Below, one piece after another: positions 27,001 to 38,128 of a stretch of 64,000 nucleotides of DNA. The position numbers were made by a program, and so were the translations under genes. The DNA comes from Azolla caroliniana (Eukaryota; Plantae; Polypodiophyta): NCBI GenBank assembly GCA_043228905.1, contig JBHGNT010000012.1:744001-808000 (forward strand). Direction: 5' to 3'. A model generated the notes under the pieces. That model had not been told where the DNA came from. It worked only from the letters and a program-made list of their open reading frames with translations, and made no database searches. Position 1 is the stretch's first letter, and each line of letters opens with the position of its first letter.

Positions 27001-30000
27001 CGTCCCTGGAGGTGCTCCATAGGCTCCTCCTCTATTTCCTCTTCCTAAGTCCCGGCATTGAGTTTTGCCGCCAAGGGGTCCGCTTCTCTATTCCCCGGTC
27101 GGCGGAGTGTAACCTTTACGGGCCGTACCGGTGGTTCCTCCTGCGCATCCGTTGGCCGCTTCCGGCTGGCGCTCTCCTTTCCCGCCTGTTCTGCGTCCGC
27201 CGCCTTCCCCTTAGTGGCCTTAGAGGCCAACAGCTGTTGTCTTTTGGAAGCCGTCTTTGGGGTGCCATCCGCCACTCTTCCCCGCTTCTTGGGCTAGACG
27301 GGCTCGACAGGTGGCACAAGCAAGGTGAGCCACTGCGTTACTGCGTGCCATATCCTCCGTCCTTCTCGGCCTTCTTTGCCGTCTTTTCCTCTGACGATCT
27401 CGATCACCGCACACAAACCGTCTGCGATCAATACCGGCCAATCTACCTTGATCCCTTCATAGGTGGCGATGATCATCCCTGCCCGATTCTGCGGCATGAC
27501 AGGGGGTCTGGGGTACACATGGCCGTATTCATGGAGCACACGGGCAATCTCGCGGAACAACATATCTCCGCCGCCCTGTGTCCAGTAGCCCTTGCTGGCT
27601 AGGGAGTACTCACCAAAATACTTGATGAGTTGCTCCGAGGTCGGATTGTCAATCGTGAATATGCCTCCCTCCGGAAGGCCTGTTAACGCACGGATCGCCT
27701 CATCCGTTATGACCTCTATGTCGATTTCTTTGATCACCTTGTCGGCTTCTTTGTGTGGCGGTACCTCCATAATCGTCAAGAAGCCCTCGAGCCCGTGTTG
27801 CTTTAGCCATTTCTTACCGGCTTCCGACAGCGTTTGCGGGTCCATGTCTGTGTCGAGGTCGGATTGTGGTGGCGAGGTTGGCTGGTGATGAGAGTGAGAG
27901 TGAGAGAGAGAGAGAGAGTTCAGAAGGCGGGGGTTCTCTATGCGTAGGTTCTCGTCTGATGATCTTCCAGCGCCTTGGTGCTTCTGTGCTCCTGGGTTCG
28001 CGAAAGTAGAGGGTCTCCACGCGCAATGGTTTTTCTCTGTGCATTCTTGCGCCTTTTTCGAGTGTGTGCACGTCGTGTACTAAAATAGCATTATGTCCTG
28101 TGGTGGCGCTTAAATGCCCACTACGTACCTTTTCGCCCCTCGCTCATCACACTTGACTCTCCGTACATCTCGTACGGGGTAACACAATATGGCGCCTTCG
28201 TTTCGGCGCCATTCGGCCACTCCGACTGCTCTTCGGTCGCACTTCGGCCGACTTTTTCCGGCCTCTCTTCCATATCTATCGGTGTCACCCCTCTGGGTAG
28301 GATACAGTCGACCGCTCTTCCGCTCCTATCCGGCCACACCGGCTTGTCTTTCACCGTTGTCCGTAGCTTTTTTGCCGCCGTCGTTCTCAATGAACATTTT
28401 GCCACCATTCGGCGTCGTCATCATATTCCGGCCGTAGCTGTTGCTGTCCTGTCGGTTCCTGTCATTCTGTTCATTTGTTTGGACCATTCCAGTATCTCTA
28501 TCGCCGGCCGTCATTCGTCCGTCTATGCCCGTCCTTGCCGGTCTCTATCCGGTCATCCTATGTCGCCGACTCTGTTGGTTTCCATCAGTCTTCGTTCGGT
28601 CTTCGTACGGATGACGTTAGACTGCCGTTGTGGCCGTTGTTGTCCGGCCATTCAGGCTCTCCGGCTCCTGTCCGGCCGCTCATCCGGATGTCTGTCCGTT
28701 GTCTTTTGGCTGTGCGTCTGGTCCGTCTTCTCGGTCATCTGTCCGGTTCTTTCCTACCCGTTTTCGGTTGTGTCGCTTGAGTCTGTATGCTTCCTTTTCG
28801 CCCGTCCATTCGTCTCTGTCTGTGCTTGTGTAGTCTAGCTTTTCCGGTTGCCTCGTTTTGTTTTGATATTGTGTAGTCAGTCGTCCATGTCTTTTGGGCA
28901 TTGTCAGTTTTTCTGGCCGTCAATGTCTCGTCAACGACAGCGTCTCCTTCTCTGTCTACGTTGGCCCTTCTATGTTAACCAACTTTGGGTCTGGTTCCGA
29001 TTCCGGTTCCGACTCTCTCTGTGTTGCTTCGTTTGGAACCATCTCTCGTGCATTCTCAGCACATTTTGCCGGCCTCCGCTCCACACACTGCGTCTTCCAC
29101 TGCAGTCTCCAGGTGGGCTTCTCTTTCCGGTCGTGCTGGCGCCGGTTCCCTTTGCGTCACTGTTTGTCCAGCTGTGCATCTTGCACCACGCATTCGAAAC
29201 ACACATTGTCGCTAACCGCTTTCGGAACCACGCACATTGACACATTGACTCGCACAAAACGTTGTTTCCATTTCTGCATTCCTCCATAGACTTCCTCCAA
29301 CATCTTCACCGTCATTTTCACGTTTCGCCATTTCTTGCACTTAGTCACTATGGCTTGCACATCCGTGTATCATTCTTCGACTTCGTCTCCAAAGGGGGGT
29401 CACCTTAGTGGTCGCCAAAAGGTGTTATAGGTTTTAGGGTTAGGGTTAAGGACGATGATAATCATGATAAAGATAGCCATGGTGGTTATGATGATGATGG
29501 AGAGTATGGGATTGATGGCGAGAGAGATCATGTGCATTGAGAAGCATTGCGAGGTGGGGGGTGGTGCCTAGAATGGCTCCACCCCCCTCCCAAGGGGATT
29601 CAACATTGAGGGGGAGAAAGAAAGAAAGAAAGAAAGAAAGATATATTAACGTCTTTTAAGAGGCCAAAATGGCCTATAAGACCGAATAAGAGATTACATC
29701 TTAAATGTTTTCTCGTCTTTGAGAACAAATCAAAATAAAGTAAATATTACACAATAAATATAAAAGTAAATAAGATGAAGAGAAAAGAGACGAGAGAATC
29801 TGGTTTTTGGCACATGCGAGATTCTCAAGTTAGGTGTATTGTAGCCTTTGTCTCCGAAAGATCTCTATCATAGGTCGATCTAGAATGGAAATGTCTCCAA
29901 AGCGAGGGAAGCACCTACGATGGCGGGAGATAATGGCTTTTATTTGTCGATGACAAGGGTGTCCGGGTCGTGGTCCATGGGGCCGGGGCCTACGTGCACG

Positions 30001-33000
30001 GCAAATTGCCATTGCCCGATCAATCGTAACCCCTTTGTTATATCTTGGTCTGGATCCCATTCCTGTATCCTGGGGTTGACTTCTAGCATTAGGAGTGATG
30101 GAGCTAAAGAAAGTTGTGATTGTTCTTTGTGGATGAGCTTGTGTGGCTGTATTCTTCAACAACTTTTCCCGATGTCTCTTGAGCTCGAGCAAGAAAAGTC
30201 CTAGGCATCTTTGGTCCTCATATTCCATTACCTTGCGTAGTGGGCCAAAGCCTTGTTTAAAGAGGCAATGGTATCTCCCTCTGATTTCATAAAAGACACT
30301 ACAATGACAAACGTAGTGTTCTTCAGATTCCACTCCTTGATGACACAATTGGCAAATTCTCTCTTCTAGAGGTAGTCGTGTATATCTGCCCACCTCAATC
30401 TGTAGCTGATGTGATGAGGTTCGCAGCTGCCCTATCACACTACGCAACGCATAGGATAGATGTATGTCCATATAAGGTGGCCTTATGACAAATCCATCCT
30501 CCGATGTATGTAAGAAGTGTGTCTTATAACGCATAGGAGAGAGAGAGAAAGAGAGATGACAAGAGAGAGAGAGAGAGAGATTGAGAGAGAAAAATGATTA
30601 TTCATGTTTCATTCATTCCCCATAAGGGGTTAAATAGTACAAGAGGGGGTAGATACAAAGGGATGTAAGCCCCCTAGAGCATTCATACTGGACACTCACT
30701 CACACCTCCTCGTATCCATCCACATGCACACACGTGTGCATATGTTCACATACGTATCGACTCACAATTACATTTATGCCCCCTACACACACACAACATC
30801 ATGATAACATTCGACCCTCGTTCATCACACTTGACTCTCCGTACATCTCGTACGGGGTAACAGCTATTTTCACCTGGCACAAAAGGTGTTTCCCTAACTT
30901 CAGAGATCTCTCCATATTGGAACTGCCAATGTTGAATATTTTTTGAAGGCAGAAGGTTCTTTCAATCTAATTTCAGAATCTTAGATAACTAGACTCTTTA
31001 GTACCCCTAGCTTCAATTATATTTACTTTAGTTTGTCATTCTTAAAGACAAGGCAATGTTTTAAGATGTATTCTTTTGTTCAGTCTAGAGGCCATTTTGC
31101 CCTCTTAAAAGATGTTAGTATATCTTTTGTTCACATGAAAGAAGTAAATGATGAACTTCTCAGTCTGCCATTGATGCTAATCATATAAACATTGCAAAAC
31201 AGGTGGAAAACAATATACGAATGCTTGAATCTGACTTGGAAGCTGCTGTTAGGAAGAAGGATGAACTGGAAAAAAAGGCTAGGGAATGTGAAAATCGATT
31301 AGAACGTGCAGGAAAGCTAATTGGTGGTCTTGGTGGTGAACGTGCTAGATGGGGTGATACCATAGCAATGTTAACTATAAATATAGAACATGTTGTGGGA
31401 GATGTAGCTGTAGCAGCTGGAGCAATAGCCTATACTGGACCTTTTACCTCTCCTTACAGAAAGAAGTTGAATGCTGAATGGGTGGAAAAGCTGATAGAGT
31501 TCAAGGTTTTATACAGGAACAAGAAATATTTTTTCTTTCAAAAGCATTTGTTTGACATTAAAAAGGTTTTGTTTTTGGCTCTAGGTTCCACATACAGCTG
31601 ATATTGATCTGCAAGGTGTATTAAAGGATCCTGTGGAAGTGCGTGCATGGAACATAGCTGGCCTCCCTAGTGATTCTCTTAGCGAGGATAATGGTATTAT
31701 AGTATTCAAAGCTAGAAGATGGCCTCTTATGATTGACCCACAGGTAACATTAAGTACTTTTTAAATGAAATGTTTTTTATTATTGTATCATATGCTTAGA
31801 CTCATTCCAAACAAATTTCTTTTTCAGACATTTACTCTAATATATTTAGATCTTACTGCTTTTCTGTTACACCCCTGTACTGGTTTCTAATGTGGAGTCC
31901 TCTCAGCCTCTTGACAGAGACATGTGTTACACTAATACCATTCTCAGAATTAATCTATCTGGCAATGCTGACTGAAGTTTTGTACCTCTAATATAAATCC
32001 GTTATCTATTAACATTTTGTTCAACTGTCTACACCTGTATTTCACACGAAAGTGTTGGTAATTTCTAATTCTGATATAGTATTACATAATACTTCAATCT
32101 GAGAGGGGACCTGTAGTGGAAAGCTTTAGGAAATCCTTCTTACAGTATCCTTCTGGTAATTCTCATGTGATCCCAAGATTATTAAAAAATAAGTAAAGAA
32201 ATGCTTTTTGTGAACTAGTCAAAACTGTTCTACGCTATTATCTCATACAAAAGATGAGTACAGTATTACATTATACTCCCTTCTACAAGAGGAGTTGCAA
32301 TAGAAAGCTATAGGACAGCGTCCTGATTTTCATACGGTGTAAATATTCTTTAAGTTATTAGCGAGCTGTGCAGGGTTATCCTTGTGCCTATGAAAGGTGA
32401 GAATCAGATTACTATCTTGATGAATATTAAACCCTTTCACATGTCTAGAAGTATGATGTATTAATAGAGTCAAAGGAAAATGTATAAATTTTATTTGAAA
32501 CAAAAGTATTATTCTGCAGGGTCAAGCAAACAAATGGATCAAGAATATGTACAAAGAAACTGGAATTGATGTCATCAAGTTATCTGAAAAAGACTATCTT
32601 CGGACACTGGAAAATGCAGTTAGATTTGGTCGAGTTGTGATGCTGGAGAACATTATGGAGAGTCTTGATCCAGCCTTGGAACCTCTTTTACTGCAGCAAA
32701 CATTCAAGCAAGGTGGACAAGTGGTTATAAAAATAGGGGATAATATAATTCCATACCATCGTGATTTTCGATTGTTCATCACTACTAAACTCGCCAATCC
32801 TCATTATGCTCCAGAGGTAAACTAATAGTAAAAATAATTCGTGGCAAGTTAGGCACAGTTACTTGTTGATAGTACTTTTGAGAGTTGAGAGATAGATATC
32901 CTAAATAGTCAAGAAAATACAAAACGGAAAGAGAACAATTAAAAGCACTGAACTAAGTTATTGTCGTGATTTGGGTATTATTACATGGTGACATACAACC

Positions 33001-36000
33001 CCAGTGGTTTATTATGAATTGCATTTCTCAGTTTGGCAGTTGACATTTTTTGCTATCTGTGAGACTTTTGAGGTTTTGCAATGCACCTTGCATATACTAA
33101 CTAAACTTTGTTCTTCCCTCAGAATAATTCTCATGGATATTTGTGAGGGTTTTTATATAGATAATATACGGCCCTGCTCCTGTTAACAAAAACACTGAAT
33201 AAAGAATTTTAAGGCTACTATCCTGTGTGGGAAGGCGTTTGCAGAATGCCATTGAGTTGGGCTGCTTATTGAGTTGTTTGAATGATATGTGTTGCAGAAG
33301 TTGGCTGATATATTCTAGAAAAACCTATGAAGACATCTTAATGGATGTGTAGAAAAGCATTCTACGTCAGTCTCATGTATGAAGTCTGTTCAAACTTGCA
33401 GAATGAAGTTCTTGCAAATGTCTCCAAACATGGTGGATACACCGACATCCTGGATGTTTTCTTATGTAGTAAGATTAGGTACATGGGTATGATCCTGTCA
33501 CTCCTTCCAACGAATGCATGTGACCAGAGAATGATAGCTTGACATTGAGCTTTGTCATATTGGACGCTAATGTGGGATGATGGGATCAGACCCAAAGTTG
33601 TCTTTCCCCATTATGATGAGAAGATGCTCTTGGATGGAACTATGCTTGTCATAGAATTTGTGTTTCAGTAATCATATAGACCATGTAAGTGGATTTCTGT
33701 CATACCTGATGTATGCTTTTATCCCATGAATAGTCCTCATATTATGTTTTTAGTAGGCTTCTGGTACTGGCTTGTACTCAGAACTTGGTTTTTGGGTTCC
33801 ACTTTAGCTAAAAACCATCACAAGTTTCTTCAGTCTTGTCAACTATTGAGGCATGCCTATCTATTGTAGCTCAGTGTAGAGCAATGTCAGGACAGTACAG
33901 CCACAATAAGTTTAAGAGTTTACCATTGATCAAGCAATAGCTCATGCAGGCCATATCTATATCCATACAGTTTCCATCAATATCAACCCTGTAGACATCG
34001 AAGGTGCAATTGCTCTTTCCCGAGTCCTCTCAGCTTGTTCAAGAAGTATCAGTCTATGTGAACTGATTAGTAATATTTACAATTTTCTCGAACACTGCTG
34101 AATGTTTAAGACAACGAAATAGTTTTTGGCAATTTATTACTCATTTCTTTTTATTGGTAATAGACTGTTCAGGGTAGAGACATTTATATGTGGGTCACAT
34201 AGTTTTCTTCACAGGTATAAAAATACTTTGCTTCTCCTACAGGTTAGTGTCAAGGTTACTCTACTCAACTTTTTTGTTACACAAGAAGGACTTGAAGAGC
34301 AACTTCTAGGACAGGTTGTGACAAAGGAACGACCAGATCTTGCTGAAATGAAGAATCATCTAACTGTTTCCAATGCAAATATGAAACGGGAACTTAAAGA
34401 GATTGAGTCACAAATTCTTCATCTTTTATCAAAAGCACAAGTTAGTGTCCTCTAGAGTTATTTCCTAAAATCTGTGACAGGGTTTTCAGTTCTTCAATTT
34501 TTTAATATCAATAAGTGATCTATTGATAGCATAATAATGAAATTTCATATCTACGTGTACTTATTTTCAGGGAAACATTCTAGATGATGAAGTCCTTATC
34601 AATACTCTTGCTCAGTCAAAGGTAACATCAGATGTTATCAAAATAAAGGTTGCAGAAGCTGAGAAAACAGAAATAGCCATTGATGAAACAAGAGAGGCAC
34701 GTATTATTGCTCAATATTATGCTCTAAACAGAATCCCAAAATTGTTAGAGCTGATGAAATCTATCTCTTTTTGTCTTACAGGGTTATCGTAAAGTCGCAA
34801 CAAGAGCATCACAATTGTTCTTTTGTATATCAGATTTGGCTTCTGTTGATCCCATGTATCAATATAGCCTAACGTGGTTCATATCATTGTTCAATCGAGC
34901 TATGGATGGGGCTACGCAAGCATCTATAATAGAGAAGAGAGTGCAAAATTTGAATGAGTATTTTACATATTCGCTTTATGTGAATGTGTGCCGGTCGCTC
35001 TTTGAAAAGCATAAGTTGATGTTCTCTCTAATGCTATGTATCAAGATTTTACAGGTTTGCTCATCTCCTATATTTGCACTTTTGTCTGTGTCTTGCCCTG
35101 AAACTATTTTGCTTCTTTTTTGATATAGGAAAGGGGATGTGTAGATCCTGTTGAGTGGCGATTCTTGCTCGCAGGAGCCACATCATCTACAATGGCACAG
35201 CCTAACCCTGCTCCAGAATGGTTGACTGACAAGGTATTTAAGAAATATTATGATCTTTGTCTTGAAAATGTTTGTATGTTTGTTAAGCATCTTACAAGAA
35301 GTTTGGTTATGCAGTCATGGATTGAGATTTTACAGCTTAGCCAGTCAAAGAATCTCATAGGTTTTGAGCAGCATTTTGTTGAAAACATATCACATTATAA
35401 AAGGATTTTTGATAGCTCAGAAGCTCATCAAGAACCACTTCCAGAAGACTGGAATAACAAATTAAACAAACTGCAAAAATTGCTTATACTTAGGTGTATC
35501 CGTGTTGATAAAGCACTTCTGGGAATACAGGTACTGACTAGCCTTGATTAACCAGTTAATCTTGATTCGTTGGTTTAGGTATTGGCGTGTGTTTATTCAT
35601 CAATGCAATGGTTAAGCTACCGAATCTTCTCTACATATATTTCATATTAATTTGAAAGTAATAACCGAATGTTTTCTGTAGGATTTTGTATCAGAAAACC
35701 TAGGTCAGCGCTTCATCGAGCCACCTGCATTTGACCTTGCTGTGTGTTATAAAGATGGGTCTCCTTCATCGCCGCTCATTTTTGTGCTTTCTTCTGGAGC
35801 TGATCCCATGGCTGATCTCCTGAAGCTAGCAGAAGACCTCCAGTTTACTAAGAAATTTGAGAAGGTATTGAATCCATAGAACTCCCTTCGTTTAAAATAC
35901 ATGTTGTGGAGAAACTCAGTTTGGGCAAGCTGGTGGCAGATGATTACAAATATAGAAACCCAGTTCTCTCTCAAAATGCTTACATATCATTGCTGTTTTC

Positions 36001-38082
36001 TGTGTTTTATTCCTAGGTTTCTCTTGGACAAGGTCAAGGACCCAAAGCAGAAAAGCTTCTTGAACTAGGGATGGATCGTGGCATGTGGGTATGCCTTCAG
36101 AATTGTCACTTGTCACAATCATGGATGCCTGCTCTTGAGCGCATTGTTGATAACATCGATCCAGAGAAGGTAGTACTAGATAATTCAGATCTTTCTTCAA
36201 ACCAGATTTGAGAATTTGTTTTGTTCTTACTCTCATTATTTCATGTTTATACACTCAGGTGCATAAAGACTTTCGGCTCTGGTTAACTAGCATGCCTAGT
36301 CCTGATTTCCCTGTTTCAATTCTTCAAAATGGTGTAAAAATGACTTTGGAACCTCCAAAGGGGTTGAAGTCAAACCTAGCGCGGTCATACATGAGATATA
36401 CTGACAAGGTCCTGAATGACTGTGGCAAACCAGATGTATGGAAGAAGTTTTTGTTTGCGACATGCTTATTCCATGCTGTTATTCAAGAAAGAAGGAAATT
36501 TGGTGCTTTAGGATGGAATATAAGGTATGAATTCACAGATGGAGATCTAGCTGTTTGCCAAACTCAAATTCGCATGTTTCTAAACGAATACAACGAAATT
36601 CCGTATAAGGTAGTTTCTTACACTATTGATCCTGATTCGCCATAGCAAGAGAAATTTTTGTTTTGTAATTGATTGGATGTTTCTATATTCAGGTTATTCG
36701 GTTTCTTTGTGGAGAAATCAACTATGGTGGTCGTGTCACCGATGATAAGGATAGGAGACTTATGAATAATCTGCTTCTCAAGTTTATTATTCCAGAGGTT
36801 TTCTGCCCTCTCTTATCACACAAGCAAAGAAATGTCTTTATATAATTAGTCTTAGAAACAAAGACGCAATCTTGACATTCAATTTACTTATCCCTGATGC
36901 AGATTATAGTTGAAACAAAACACAGCTTCAGTGAGTCTGGAGTATATATTATCCCTGATGCAACAAATGTCAATGGTTTTGCTGCATACATTAAAGAGCT
37001 TCCACTGGCTCCAAAGCCAGAGATATTTGGTCTTCATGAGAATGCTGATATCACATGTGATCAAAATGAATCATATGATGTTTTTAACACATTATTATCA
37101 TTTCAACCAAGAGAAAGAGCCACTGGAACAGGTGGCATGTCGCGAGAGGAGACCATTGAGAAGTCATGCCAGGATATTCTTGCTAAGCTACCCCCTATAT
37201 ATGACGTTGAAGATGTCCTACGCAAATATCCAACTATGTATACAGAGAGTATGAACACAGTTCTGACACAGGAATGCATCAGATACAATGGCTTGCTCAA
37301 TGTCATGCGGGTGTCCTTGAGAGAAGTACTAAAAGCACTCAAGGGGTTAGTGATGATGTCTCCTGACCTGGAAATGCTTTGCACTAGCATCTTCAACAAT
37401 CAGGTTATCACCACTCTCAATATGTATTTTTAGTTTATTTACAATACTCATTTGTCGCATGCAATGACCTTAATTCTATTAAAACTTTCAGGTTCCAGAC
37501 CTTTGGGCAGGCAAAGCCTATCCATCATTAAAGCCACTTGCTTCATGGGTGCTAGATCTCCTTCAGAGAACAGAATTCATACAAGAATGGATAGATAAGG
37601 GAGCCCCTGCTGTATACTGGATATCTGGGTTCTTTTTCCCTCAGGTAGGACTCCAGTATTACGTTCAGTATCATGTTCAAAAAACAATAAATGAAATGTT
37701 TCGTGACCTATACAAGTGTACTCAACAACATTTATTTGACACCTAAGAGTAATGGGAACCTTGTTTTCAGGCCTTCTTGACAGGAACCCTTCAGAATTTT
37801 GCAAGAAAGCATAGATATCCCATCGATACTGTTGGATTTGATTTCATCCTCGAAGATAGTCAAACAGCTAAAACAATCCAAAAACCACCTGAAGATGGAT
37901 GTTATATCCGAGGTTTATTTCTTGAAGGATGTCGTTGGGATTATCAAGAACATATGTTGACAGAGTCTAGACCAAAGGAATTATATAGTGAGCTCCCCAT
38001 TGTGTGGCTAAAGCCCGTGCAGTTCAGAAAACCTCCAGAGAGTGGTATCTATGAATGTCCTGTTTACAAAACGTTATTACGT

Positions 38083-38128
<46 letters not shown>

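Larger units (their letters stand above)
24587..30862. mobile_element. Non-autonomous composite LTR-retrotransposon-like insertion (probably Ty3/Gypsy Tat-related)
   Basis: Ends TGTTA...TAACA; perfect TSD GCTAT (24582-24586 / 30863-30867); LTR-like blocks 24654-25018 and 29423-30862; PBS-like TGGCACGCCCGTGGGAC (25021, +) and TGGCGACCAC (29417-29408, -); no gag/pol recognisable. Confidence 0.8.
24520..31130 (+). mobile_element. Old LINE 3' segment split by the 24587-30862 insertion
   Basis: Removing the insertion and one TSD restores [32 protein letters not shown], homologous to [31 protein letters not shown]; tail motif at 31040-31130; another degenerate copy at ~24260-24430. Confidence 0.8.

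Noticed and set aside
25560-29289. Many overlapping plus-strand ORFs
   Set aside because: Shadows of the GC-rich minus-strand accessory ORF and low-complexity leader; no recognisable domains.
29428-29450. Interstitial telomere or chromosome-fusion scar (also 53698, 59477)
   Set aside because: Only 2-3 repeat units; more consistent with telo-boxes or LTR motifs.
35233-35313. In-frame readable dynein intron as coding insertion
   Set aside because: Canonical GT-AG, AT-rich 81-nt intron; openness is expected by chance.
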